A program made the translations under genes and the position numbers. A DNA stretch of 63,854 nucleotides, counting the filler, from Thelocarpon superellum (taxonomy: Eukaryota), in NCBI GenBank assembly GCA_026025795.1. It is 10 parts of 10 records of this genome, joined end to end, with 100 filler letters (N's around TTAATTAATTAA, not from the genome) between each part and the next. Parts side by side here need not be neighbours in the genome. Positions count along the whole stretch, not along the records: positions 20,221 to 26,846 come from JAPEUG010000669.1; positions 26,947 to 33,571 come from JAPEUG010000670.1; positions 33,672 to 40,294 come from JAPEUG010000671.1; 7 more parts are not named here. One strand, given 5' to 3'. Position 1 is the first letter of the stretch. The number at the start of each line of letters is the position of its first letter. Shown one piece after another: positions 24,001 to 37,161 of this stretch. The notes under the pieces are model-generated. The model saw nothing but the letters and a program-made list of their open reading frames with translations. It ran no database searches and was not told the DNA's origin.

Positions 24001-24785
24001 GACGAGGCCGAAAGGGACGAGGCCGAGAGACCGGTGCCCAGCTGAGGTAAGTCGGCGACTACTTCACGAGTCGTCTCGGTCGAGCCGGGCTCGGTGGATT
24101 GGCGGAGGGGGAGGTCAGGGGTGACGTTGGAGATGGTGGTCTGGGAGATGGTCGATTGCCGGATGGTAGAGTGCCCGGAGCTCAGAGAACTGAGCTTTCC
24201 GGTACAGGTAGATGTGATGCGGGATGCCGACTCAAGTGGGTCGGCCGGCACCTCCGCTTCCTCCATCGGTGCTAACATGCGATCCATGGTCGTGGTGGAG
24301 ATGCGTTGATTGGGAATGGTGAGTTGGATCTTAGGCCTTCGCGACCGGTAGCTGAGACTGCTCTGACTGCTCAAATCGGAGTCGGCGCGTACGCTGGATT
24401 GGCTGCTTGACCGCTCCTCCTCGCCATCGCTCATGTCGGGCGCCCAATGGACGGTACCATCCTTCCACACCCCCAGGAAGTCGGCATGCACCTCACTCCA
24501 GCCCTCGATAGAATGTGCTGAGGTGACCGACGGGGTTCTGGACTGGGTCCACTCGGGCACCGAGAGCGAGGGCCCCAGCACGATGGGTGTGGCCGCACGC
24601 CCTCCACTCCGTCGTCGCTCCTTGGGTTTCGCCTTGCCGTGGGAGGTTGAGGGTCGGCCGACGGGAGGGACCGCGCGGAGGACCGTTCCATCGCTGGGGC
24701 TTTCTCGCTCGGGCTGTCGCCGCCGGAAGAGCAAGTCCTTGGAAGCCACGGGCGAATGCTTGATCGACGGGGTTGGGAACTTCAT
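21044..24785 (-). CDS. Large protein with disordered N-terminal half, F-box-like segment and C-terminal UBA-like domain
   Basis: Intron 21784-21835 joins the two ORFs (EDRMI|EEWVSYLLTLGP). F-box-like IPADAAEQVLLKILQSLTNLQDLFSTAVVSKGFY; UBA-like DPVDKAVEKLVGMGFPADLAKKALAET. Confidence 0.82.
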
Positions 24786-27092
24786 CGTGGCTGTCCCAGA
24801 CCGATCAATGAGACGCCGATGACGGTGATGATGGTGAAGTCATCCAGCGGCGGGGAGGAGGAGATGCCGTGGACGGGAGGAGCGGATATGCCCCAATCGT
24901 AAGATCCCCGGGCGCGGACCTAGATAACTGGCATGGAGGGAGGGGACGCCGATGAATGTGCCGTCGACGGAGATTGGTCCAGCCCTGAGCCAACACACAC
25001 CCTGACGCACGCTCGCACACACACCCACGTTCTGGGGCCGAGTGTATCCAGGGCCATCAGCTGCATCAGCCTCCCGCCGGCCAGCAGCGGGCAGCGGGCA
25101 GTGGCCAGCAGCCAGCGGCCAGCGGCCAGCGGCCAGCAGGGGCCAGGTCCGGCTGGTGCTCGCCTGAGGAAATCCGGAAGGGGAGGGATGCAGTACCCGC
25201 CCCTGCTAGCTCCATGCTAGCCGCTAGCCCCGGTCTTTAAATTACCTTCTAGCGGTCGTCAGCGTTGACCCGGCCTCCGACCATCAGCAGGTGCTCCGTC
25301 TTGCGCAGCAAGAGTAACTTCCGGCCAGCGACTGGCCAACTACGGTACGAGTACGACGGCGCAATCACACGGGAATTACGCCACGAGGTCTCGAAGACCC
25401 ACGGAATCACCGGTGGAATCATGGCGGATACGGTCGACCGCTCAATCTCTCGTCCAACCGTCGTAATCTCGTCGCTCATACTTCGTCACCCCAAGCTTCT
25501 GGAAGGCGAGATGACTTGAGCCGCCGACAGACCAGAACTTGGTATGGCCATCGCGGAAGCCTGACGTCGCACCGCCAGGACGATCTCAAGACGTCGTGGG
25601 GGGCGGGCGGCACCTGGTGGGGCGTGCCGCGAGACGTGCGCTCGCCCACCTTGCCTCGGAGCTGCACCGCCCGGTCGACCGGGCCCATCACGACGACGAT
25701 GGCCACCCCGTTGACGGACGACCGAGGGCGGGGGTGTACCTTGCTCGGTCTGGGGCACAATGTTTCGGCGTCCCTTGCACCTGGGCTGTTTGGCTGGTGT
25801 AGTCAGATCACGTCCTCTGGGAGGGTGAAACATCGCCGAGCGACCGGGGTGGGCGACCGCGTGTGCCGGGGCCGCACGACGGGACCGATGCGATGGCGTC
25901 AGGCACGGCGTGGTTGGTCGGGGTCAGGATGCAAGGTAGGGGCGGACGATCCAGAGGTCGTGCCTGGTGGCGACCAGGGATTTAATTTAGTCGCTTGGGC
26001 GGTGGCTTGGACGCACCTCGTGCAGCGTCGAGTACGAGTATTGTTATTTCGTCCAACGGCGACCAACCAGGCATGCTCCCATTACTCGTACTCTCCTCGG
26101 CCGTCACAACGGCGACCGTGAGAACATGACCCTGGCTCCACGGTCGCGTCCGTCCATTAGTAGCACTGCACCGAACGACAAGGAATGTGAAAGACACTTC
26201 TTCCTTCTCAATCTGAAGTTGGTGGAAACATAGGTGGCCTCCCCTCACGTCAGCTCCTCGGCTGACGCTGATGTAGTCGACCGTATCAGCCACCTTCTCA
26301 CATATTCCCATTATTCCCCTTAGCGACTCCCGGTGCTCTCGCGGCGTCGACGGCGTGACACAATCAATGCCGCTCGGGCCAATGAGCATTGGTCATGGAT
26401 GTTGACCAGCCGCACTCCGTACACAGAGCTGTGGGCGACGACCCAAGATGTTGACATGGACTCTCCAGCGCATGAATCCAGCCGGAGTGCCCTATTGTTC
26501 CGAAACCTTGACGACCACGCGACCAATCATCCAATTGGGCTTCATGGACGAGCGCGCTCGCTTTACTTGTCATCGGGAAGATCATGATCTTGCCCGTCAC
26601 GCTCCCTTGTGTCGCAAACTCACGAGACGGTTCCTTGTAACTTCAGAGGCGCTACGCTCAGTATCGAGTCGCAGCCGGGGCGGCACGGGAAGTGCAAACC
26701 ACGAGGCCAGCTAACGCCATCACGCACAGGACAATGCCTGTCTAGCCACGACCCAGAACACGCAAGAGGAGACCCTGGGCTTCGGCGCTGCTGTACACCG
26801 CCGATGCGCCCCGTGGCACAGTCCAGACAGGCGATCGAGGTGAGGANNNNNNNNNNNNNNNNNNNNNNNNNNNNNNNNNNNNNNNNNNNNTTAATTAATT
26901 AANNNNNNNNNNNNNNNNNNNNNNNNNNNNNNNNNNNNNNNNNNNNTGTCATATCGTTTCGGATCGTAACATCATATTCTTTTGGGGCCGTGCTTTCGTG
27001 CGTCGTCAAGATGCGTGGTCGTCATGGCAAGCTCGGTACAAACGTCGGTGGTGGCCGCGGCCAAGGGTGGTGCCGTCGGTCAGGTTGGGGAC

Positions 27093-27863
27093 CTAAGCGT
27101 AGGCCAGGCTCCGCGCCGTGCGACTGATGCGACGTCCAGCGTCATCGCCGCCACTGTCGCTGCTGCGAGGGCTGCTGCCGCCACTGGTATAGCCCCCGCT
27201 CCCGCTCGAGCCCGCGTCATACGTGGCATGTCGGCCGGTGCCGATGGCCACTGGCAGTCCTTGGACGACGCCGCCTTTCTTGTGCCCGGCCGGGTACATG
27301 CCGTCATTGACGGAGAAGTTGCGGCAGATCAGGTACGCGCGCATCGCCGCATTCTCCCGTGCGAGACTCTCCGACTCATACACCGTATCCGTCTGGTACT
27401 CGCGGTGGTTGACCCGCGCCGTACAACGGTAGCCCGTCGCCGTCTGGTAACACTCGTAGAGCGGATCGGGCCAACGGCGTCGGCGACAAAGGCCTGATTG
27501 GGATAAGACGTTAATAATCGCACTTCATCGGGTCGATGGTTCCAAGTCAACCGCGCCTGCCTGCGTTTGCCGGGGGCATAGGGTACATAGGACGACGTGC
27601 CGGACCGCCTGCCCGCCCACCGGCTATGGCCACGCGACGGGCGGCCGCCATCGAAAGTGGAAATGATATCTCTGGTGGGCGGAAGTTGGACGTTGGGCAG
27701 CGAGTGGGAAGCAGTTGGGACAAGAAAGACCCCCACGGTCAGAGTGGCGTCAGGCCACGGGCACCAGGCACGCATTCACCGCGCGTTACGACATGGACGG
27801 GCATCACGACGCCAACAGGGTGGTAAAGGCCAACTCACTGGAGAGATAGAGAAGATAGTACAT
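27093..27863 (-). CDS. Small protein with double-stranded-RNA-binding-domain-like N-terminus and Gly/Ser-rich tail
   Basis: Exon 27839-27863, intron 27494-27838. Spliced protein MYYLLYLSSLCRRRRWPDPLYECYQTATGYRCTARVNHREYQTDTVYESESLARENAAMRAYLICRNF fits the dsRBD alpha-beta-beta-beta-alpha pattern. Confidence 0.78.
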
Positions 27864-30527
27864 GTCGTCCCCGCACGATCCGATGGGCAGGGAGAGGCTA
27901 GAGATGGACAAGGCAAGACGCTCAATCGGCGTGTGGAAGGAGACCCACGGGCGCGGACACGGTACACGGACGGAGGTCTTGGGCATCAACCGGACGAGAA
28001 CAACTCCCTCGGAAGTGGTGAGGTGAGGTGGAACAGCAGGGCGGCCTGCAGGTAAGGGGTAGAGCGGCCGTCAACCGTGAGGTGGCCTCGCTATAAATGA
28101 CGAGGAATCCGAAGGGTCGATGCGTCGCGGGGGGCGGGCGCTTCACAAGGAGGATCGTGGCGGACGGGGCCGTGGAGGATGCCCGCTCGCCGGCGACGCA
28201 GGGTGTTTTTTTTTAAACGCAGCGCATCGCAACCGCGCGGGGACCTGCCCGCCCGGGGCGCACCGCGTTGGCTACGCTTCACCGCTCGGCACCTCTGGCC
28301 GAGGGCTCCACAGCGTCGCATGAATGCACGTCATCTTGCGGCTCTCTGGTATGACCCATCATTGATGCGTTGGCGTGCTCCCTCGCCAGTGACGACGATC
28401 GGACAAAGCGAAAAACGCCTACCGAATTCGTGTGAGCGGGGCTAGGGTGGTGATCTAGAAATCTTAGTCCATGCCCCCTCCTCTCCCCCCTCCAGCCGGC
28501 ACTCCTCGCCCCTCGCGCAGCAGTCCGCCACCACGCTACCGCTGCAGCGCCGCGGGATCCAAGGCGGAGGAAAGACCTGTCCAGATCTCCAGGAACATGC
28601 CGATAGGAGAGAGAGCGGCGCTAGGGAGGGGAACGGAGGGTCCTTCCATACCCCGCGATGCTCCGGGGACAAGAGACATGAGCACCCGGGCTCGCGAGTC
28701 GCTGCACGCTGCACCGACGTCCTTCCAGCGGCCGCTAATGCAACTGCATGCTGCGTCAGAAGGAGATGAGCAAGGCAAAGCTTGAGCCGGTGCAGATTTG
28801 TCGCCGGAGCTTTAGTACGCGTATGCCGCGACGTTGTACCACGCCTGCCGTAGGCTCAGGAGGAGCAGGAAATAGTGGGATTTGCCGACACGGCTAGGGT
28901 TAGGAGAAGCCGAGGCCTAGAGCACGGACTTCCTCCCGCACAGTGGCCACCACGGCGCCCTATGCTTCACCAATTCACCACCACGACCGCCTCGACGCCG
29001 AGAGCCAGCATGGGCCGAGCAACGGCGAGAAGCAGCTCGACGCGAGAAGGGGCGACGGAGCTTGGGTCCGCCAGCTGGTCGGAGGTGTTGGTCGGCGCTG
29101 ATCGGCAGACGGGAGCCTCGATCTAAGTTAGTCGATTGGTAGACTTTGTTCGAGAGGTAACGCACTCGACATTACCGTTTAGTGGAGACCAGCATCCGAT
29201 GCATTGATGAGTTGTCAGTGCGCTTGGCGGTGCAGGCGGCGGAACCATATGCGCCTTGTCATCCTAAACGAGCGCGACCCGCAACCTCTCGACGCGCCTG
29301 CTCTTTTCTTGTCGTCGTCGCCGCCCCCCTGCGCTCCCTCTTCACGCCTGCGATCCCTGACTGTGGATCCCTAGGGTACCCGTCGTGCTATGGCGGAGAA
29401 GATTCCTCGCGTACTCCTACGCACACTTGGCCGCGACGGCACTTGCCGGAATTGCCCGCCCTGGTCGGCCTTCCCTCTCCCCGTCTTCTAGGGCGCCTAC
29501 AGCCAAACTATTATCCAAGTCCAAGCGCTGTCATGTCCAACGTGCACGACGACCTGGATCGCACGAGAGGCTGTGGACTCGTGGGTGCATCTTCCCGGGC
29601 GCGAGGTGGACTGATTGGCAATCAACGCAATCCTTGCACTGACGTGAGCAGCGCCGCGGGAGTATGGTACGTCCGAGTACACCCAACTCTGCCATTTAAT
29701 TGCAGTTACTCTCTGTGCCTTGGAGGCGCCCTGCGCCACCACAGACATTACGCCCACACGTCGGAAGGCTTCAGCCTGCCCACTCGATAACGGGAAGCTA
29801 CAACTAGCTGTGTTGGTACGCTGGTACTGACGGTGGACGGACCAAAGCCTGGGCGGAACGCAGGTAATCGACCAGCGGCTGCAACGCCGTTGCTTCTCCG
29901 CCCTACAGACGCTCGGCGAGGCATGCGTCTGGTCAGTATCAGCGAGCGGCCTCCTGTGGCCTCTTCCTGCAGTAGCTACAGGCATGCGCCTCCTGTATAA
30001 TTTTCTTCGCTGCTTTCGATGTCTCCGTCAACGTCACGACGATCCCGTCCTTGGGGAGCCAGCCCGGCCACTGTCGATCCTCGGTGCGCCCGACACTAGG
30101 TCCGACGAGTCCCAGATACGCCCGTAGGTATGCCATGTCTGCCACGTCTGCATGCGCGGTACCGCGTCCTATCCCTGGTGCAACGGTCGGTTGTCATCGC
30201 TGCATGGCTGGCCCGTCGACCTCGTCTTCTATCCAGACTTGCGTGGATGCGCAAGCGGAGACAGAAAAAGATCGAGCCAGCTTCAGCTTGCATGAGGAGA
30301 GTGACCTGCTCCGCAGAGTTAGGACAGGATTCCAGTGTGAGTTTGTAGTTGGCCCAGCTCTGTCGGTCTTCGCACGCCTAGATCTAACGAAGAGCATTCG
30401 ACACGCGCAGTCCTACCCAGCAAACGGGCTCCAAGTTGCGCCTGTCATCCCTCCCATCCCTTATCAGCTACCTTCCACATCCTAGTAATCCCGTGCTGCT
30501 GTTCGTCTCGTAGCAGAATGGCCGACC

Positions 30528-32489
30528 CTAGAAACCAATCTTCTGATTGAAATGCTCCCTGGTTGCTTCCGACACACTCCACGGTAGCACAAAGATGGGA
30601 TGGATCAATCCAACCCGATCATCATCATCGTAGACACTTTCCTCGATGTCCTCTGGGCCTGTCTTTGGTATAGGATCCTCAACACGCCAATGAAACGCAG
30701 CGGAAAGGGGAGGGGATAGGTCGCTGTACCCTGAATCGGCATAGTAATAGTGATGCTGCGCGGAGCTCAGCCCAGCTAAGACGTAGCATGAGTGGTAGGA
30801 GTCCGGGTTTCTATAGCGATCAGCGTGAGGCGTCTGTTATCCAAGACGGGGCTACCTCTACTTTTCGGGCTTGTCTCGTAGGCCACCACGCTTGCCCTGG
30901 CAGCAACAGAGGATGAATCGGATCAGTCCCTCGCGGCTGTATAGGCTTCCTGTCGCCGACATCCCACCAGCGGACGCTGGCCGAGGACCATTCACGGCCG
31001 CCTCAATCAACGGCCAGCATCCACCAACCCAGTGGCTATAACACCCGTCGACGAGCTTATTTGAGCGGCCAGCAAATCCCCCCTCTGGCGCGCACTGGCG
31101 AGCGGAGAGCCAAGATACTAAAGACGGTACATCAAGATATCTTCTCGTGTTAGTCGCGGACGGCAGCGTGGGTCAATCGACCCGTTCGACAGGAGCAACA
31201 GAGAGGTCGAACCTTGGAATCATCTCCCGTGGCTCCCCCATCATGCAGAGACAGGCCAAGGCACAAAACGCATAGCCTCCATGAGCTTCTCTTCCGGGAG
31301 ACGCGGCGATGCCGCCTTCGAAGGATTGACCTGGCATGATCAGGACACCGTTGAAACTTGGAAGCCCCCTATGAACTTACATCGTGACAGGTACTCGGGT
31401 AACCCAGCCAAAAAGGTCCGGTCTCCTCTTCGACTCGCCGCACAAGTGGGAGGAAGCTCGAGGGGAAGATTGAGTAACGCCAGCATGACGATGGCACAAT
31501 ACGCACCCCTAAGATTGTCAGTGTACGTGGTCGACGGCCTTTCCCACCAGCTTCTTACCGAACGTCTTCTTCCCCCCCAACGCAGAGAGAAAACCCCCCG
31601 TCGGGCTGCTTCAAGTCCGCTAGCCACTTCCATCTGATGTGTCGAAGGTTGGTTAGCGCAGAGTTCCAATGCCATAGCATGGGGACGGATTACAATGTCC
31701 GACGATTTATAACATCGAGTGCCTCGGTGCCACCCACCAAAACGAGGGCCAAGATAGCGGCATACGCCGCGGCGCAGTGCGATATCTGTCCATGGCCACC
31801 GCCAAATCCTCCACCGAGGTTCTGCATCGGCGCGAGGGTGTAGATGACTCTTCCAGATCACACCCGTCAGCAGTTATACAGACAGAACGTGACCCGAGGA
31901 AGATCCGAACGGATCGGGCTCTTGAATTGTATAGATCTGTGGGTATATTGCAGCTTTTGGATACCATTTGAATTCTCCATACATACCGATCGCGATACTG
32001 GGAGACGTCTTCGCCCAGGAGTGAGAGGCCCGTCAGAGCCCAGTACAGCATCCACGGCCGACTCGCGTCCGCCGCGACGAAGCCCGCGGGGAGATTACCC
32101 AAGCTACCTTGTAGAAAGGCGACGTGCTTCTCCCGCTCCAGCTTAGGGACGCCGTAAGCATTAAGCCGGCTGGAATGTCCAGTTCCGCTGAGGTACGGCA
32201 GACAGTCTTCAATGGTACGGTCACGGATCGACGAGCTCTCGGTTTTCAAGCGGTCTCGGAGCGGAGGAAATGATGTAAACCATTCAGGTACCATGGCAGG
32301 CGTGGTATTGGACTGCATCTCAGAAGGGGGGGGAATGATGTATTCTTCGTCGCTCTCGAGGTCTGGTAGCTCTTCGAGATCTCGTGGGGTCAACACCTGA
32401 CGGCGATCTGACATGATACCCGTTCCCCCGTCCGTTCTTTTGAATCGCACTCCGCGACGTCTTCCACGTCTCCCGACCGTGAACGGCAT
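30528..32489 (-). CDS. RAM1: Protein farnesyltransferase beta subunit
   Basis: DASRPWMLYW, GGFGGGHGQ, CQSFEGG, EAHGGYAFC, EGGFAGRSNKLVDGCYSHWVGG and PDSYHSCYVLAGLS; multi-exon; ends FNQKIGF*. Confidence 0.95.
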
Positions 32490-33520
32490 GCGGGGAGTTG
32501 GCGCGGCGAGGTGGCATGGAATCGATTGTGCTTGTTGATATTGTTCCTGGATTTCTTTGTGACTGCTCGAGGCTTTGGCCGAGCTTGAGCTGACTATCGG
32601 CTGCCTCTACCGATCTAGACCGGATAACACCCCGCCACAGCGTCATGCGAAACCGAATACCTCCCGAAAGGTTCAAAGGAAGACACAGACACTGCACTGC
32701 AACCCACTTCAAGACATCTAAGAGGTCATCGCAACTCACTGGTTTACGAAGCTTCTTGGGTGTGGTCAGCTTCATCACGGGTGGGCTACATTAGTACTCC
32801 CGTCCTTCGTACTTTGTACCATTTCCCCGCATTCGGTGCCGGTGGTCGTGTACATGGGTCGTAGCAAGAAGTCTCATCCGATTTCGCGGAGCACGACGGA
32901 CTTGTGCATGGCAGCATGATTCCCGCTGGCAAATGACAGACGTAGAAACGCGCACCCGGCGTTTCTGCCATCATCTTGATGTGAACACACTTTCCATGCT
33001 CTCTGCTTCGTTGCGCGATTTCACCCATTTGACTTCCGTCCCTCCCACGAGCCGCAACGTGGTTGCCCATCTCTCCCACCATTCGACTTCTCACCGCCTG
33101 GTCTAGCACCGGCTAATTCCTCCACAATGCTCTCAGTCCCATTTACAATAAGCCACGTACTATCTAGCAAATAGGCGGAGGTCTCAGATGTTTCAATTGT
33201 CTGCTTACGAAGTATACTCGTGTTCCGTCCGAAGTTGGGTTGCGATTGGGTTCTGAAATCTTACATAATTTCTACGAAGGAGCTCGTGTTCTTCTCGTCT
33301 TCAGTCACGTTCGTTCTTCGCATGCCCCATGCAATCTTCTCTATTTGCACTGCTGGATTCCTTGTACACGAGGCTAGCCTGGTCTGAGGGAGGCTGATAG
33401 TCATAGAAAGTACAGTGGTAAGTCTCGGGAGCATAGAGATATCGAGACCCTATGCTAAGATACCAACATCGTCGGTATCGAGTTCCGTCAATACTAGAGG
33501 ACCCTGGTCTACCCACGAGC

Positions 33521-33571
33521 AGTCCCGGCTCTCAGTAAGTCCCGGCTCTCAGTAAGTCCCGGCTCTCAGTA
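33521..33571. repeat. Minisatellite, 17-bp unit AGTCCCGGCTCTCAGTA x3, running into the contig end
   Basis: Three exact tandem copies ending at the spacer. Confidence 0.95.
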
Positions 33572-36500
33572 NNNNNNNNNNNNNNNNNNNNNNNNNNNNN
33601 NNNNNNNNNNNNNNNTTAATTAATTAANNNNNNNNNNNNNNNNNNNNNNNNNNNNNNNNNNNNNNNNNNNNCTGTCACCGCCCTCCCAGCTGCACGGGAG
33701 CGTGAAGGGCTCGGCACTTTCCACCCGCCGCAAGATGCGACCTGCCAGGAGCCACTTCGCCTAAGCCGACGGGGATCAAGTCGATAGCTTTGAATTGTCA
33801 CAGGGCTAGCGGTTCTAGTTACTACTGGATGCGTACAAGCAGGAGATGAGCCCCGTGAACCCCATGACTTCCCCGCGATCGGATCACTTGTCCAACATCA
33901 GGTCATATCGTCGTGTTGATTCCCACCGTCGGTCGCCAGCGAGGGGTGCCTTCTCCGCTGATCGTCGCGCTCCTTTTGCTCGCTCACAGACGAGTGGAAT
34001 GGCCGTGTAACCAGCTCCTGCTAGTAGCGAACATGTGGAAGCAGCTCGGCTGCGCAGATGAAACCACTAGCCAGAGATCCAGTCGGAACGACCAAGCACC
34101 GCGGAAGGATGGGGCCCTGGCCGTGCAGTGTTCATGAATCACATGAAGGCGAGTGCCCGGAGGCTCCAAGTGGATGGATGCGTCCGCACAGGGCGCTCGC
34201 CACCGACGGGGGGCCGCCAGGTATCTGACCGCGAGGTGGCAGGCTCTCGAATCCTGCCCGCCGAGCCACTGCCACTTCGTGCAAGGAGCAGAAAATCGGC
34301 GTTCCGGTCGGCCGCCTGCGTTGATCGGACAGGCACTTTCATACATGGTGACGCACAAACGGCTGGTGCCAAATCACAGGGCTGATGAGAGCCAATCAAG
34401 CGCCAGTGCGCGCGAGGCTCCATGGACTCTTGCATGGACCGCAAGCTGCCAGGCTCCCAGGCAGCATGCCGCGCCGGTGATGCCGGTCGATGATACGCTA
34501 TCAGATCACGGTGGAGAGGCCTCTTCGGTCGGGCCGGACGGAGGCGGCCGACGCCCACTGAAACTTTCCCGCCAACTCCTTGCACGCGGCGACCGATCTT
34601 TCGTCATAATGTTTCTGGTGCACGGAGATTACCAGCCTGCTCGCTTGGGCAAGAATGTGGACGACTAGTTGGGGGCGGGCTTAAGATGGTGGGCGGACAG
34701 GGGTCTCTAGCCCAGCACTCCGTGCGAGTCATTGGTCGCTGGATGCCGTGCTGAGTATTCGCCGCGAGATCGATCCGTGAGACTCCCACTCCCCTGCAGC
34801 GCCTCAAGGCAGGGCAAGCAAGGCCCCCGCCCGGCCCAAGGCGAGGCTACGACGCCTTTCCCACCGCCCAGGCACTACCAGTACCACACGGTCGTGGCCG
34901 CCGGGCGACTGGCCACGGGTGATGGATGCCGTCAGTGGAGTTCGCGTGTTTGCGGTCCGAGAACAGCGTCCGCCGCCATACTACGGTACGGTTTTGGACT
35001 GAGACGGACCACCCGGGTCGTTTTCACTGATCTGGTTGACTAGGTGACGATGAGTCTAACACGTCTCGCGCGCCCCGCCCTTGACCGGTCAGGGATGATA
35101 GCACACGTCCTCGGACTTGTCCTCTGGACGCGTCCACGTACCACACATCTTCGTATCAGGCTAGTCCAAGAAACGACGATGGGCAGGCGGTAGTCGTCTC
35201 TCATATGCGTCCTGGTGTATCGTACCCGTACAAGCAGTAAGGACTCGTCCTGTTTCTGGCACGGTGGCGCCCGGTTTGGGATGACTTGCAGATGGTGGCT
35301 CTGTTGGCGGTCACTCGCGACCAGCGCCCTCGTCACGCCGACGGCGCTGTCGTTCTGCAAGGAGCCCGGGGATTCACCGAGCAGGATGAAGAAATCAGTC
35401 GTAACATTGGAATGGAGAGGAGAGAGGAAGTCCGGTGATGAGCCGCGGCGATGCGATATTGCCCAAATCATCCCAAGATTACATGGACGGCCACGTAAAT
35501 TACGGCATCTGGCCTGCACGGCCGCAATTCGGTGGTGTTCGTGGCAGGATGAATTGTAATTGCTAGAGTCGAGCGAGCGCGACGCTTTATCCTGAAGCTG
35601 AACCGTGCGCCGACCGGGCCGTGAGTGAATTCCTGCTCGCCTTGATGGTCCTTCCAGAACGGACACGTCGAGGCCCTTTCGCTTCGCCCATGCCTGTCTC
35701 ACCAGTGCTCGTCGTGTCGTCCCCGCGCGCCCAACCATGGCGGCGCTGGGGAAGAGTGCAGCTGGACGACAGCTCACGACGGTGCAACAGATTATTAGGC
35801 ATCCTCTACGCCGACCGGGTGTTGCTGAGGTAGCTGGGGCCTCAGTGCCAAGGGAGGTGTGGTGCTTCGCCACCGTCGGCCCTCTCCTCTGCGGGCCAAA
35901 TCTCGCTAATGCAACTCGCACCGGACCTGTGGACGGGACTAACTTCGCTTGGCTGACCAACGGACCACGCCCCCCCTCCAGACCCTTTTCCAGCGTACCT
36001 CCTGAGCACCTCCTTGCGCGCTTGGTGCGAGGTGGCGGTCGGTGGGCGAGCAGCGGTACCGCGGACACGTAGGAACCTCCTCGGACCTGTGTTACATGTA
36101 CGAGTACACCAGATTGGAGGCGTCACCCGACGAAGACCGCGAGGAAGTGAAGACGCGTTCGAGTACCCGTACCTGCGTGGAAGTCGCGCTCAAGGTACCC
36201 ATCCGTGCTCCGTCCCTGCGGCGTCCTCCAGATGGTGAGCTGGTGCCCTCGTGCGCAGCGGTCAACCGGTACGAAGCGTCGCATTGGGCCAACAAGCAAC
36301 GTCCTTCGTTCCTCGCAGGCATGACTCCCTGCCACTAGTTTGGAGTAGTCGAGATTGGCTGCAACTAAACTCTACCCGCACCGACTTCCTTGCTGCCTCT
36401 CAGCACTACGGCGAACTACTGGAGGGTGGCCGTTCGTCGTCGTCCACTGTCCACCGTCGGGACGGATACGACTGGTCCTTCCGTCGTTTCCCTCGCACCA

Positions 36501-37161
36501 CGGTACCATCGACCCTACGTCCATCCACTCGTTGCGTTACTTCTTCCCTCCACTTCTCTCATCCTCTCGTTCGACATCCATCTCACCTTCTGACCCCACC
36601 CTCGTCCGCCTCCCTTCCTCCCTCCCCCCCCTCTCCCTCCTCTCCAGCCGCTCCTCCACTCTCCACGACCGCCCGTCAACCGTCCTCTGGGCCCGAGGAG
36701 CTTCCGGCCGATTGAGTGCCGCCTGTTCGGTCGTGGCCGTCCATTCGTTTCATCCATTCGATATTCGCTGGTCGATCGCGAGACGACCGTCCCCCAGCCA
36801 GCCGATACCACGACCGCATTGACGGCGACGTGCGCCCGGATCAGACACGCCTATGATAGCGTCTTGACATCATACACCTGCATTTCATTCTCGATTTAGC
36901 GGCTCTTATATACCTGGTGTCCCGCCGTCCTTCAGAGCAATTTGGGAATCTCAACCAATCGCCACCATACGACCTTCAAGTCCCTTTCGGAAGACTGATA
37001 CGATTCCGACTCCTTTATACACCCCCTCCCAAGCGTCTTGAGACGTAGCGCCCGACGTTCCGCATGTCGGTGCTGGACGCCGACGACTCCGTCACCCTAC
37101 GGCCGTAAGGTCGACACGCGTCAACGCATCGATCGCCATCGCGGACATCCTCTGGTGCTCA

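Noticed and set aside
35040..36068. 342-aa minus-strand ORF
   Set aside because: Non-ATG start, Arg/Ser/Ala composition typical of random GC-rich frames, and no codon bias or motif.
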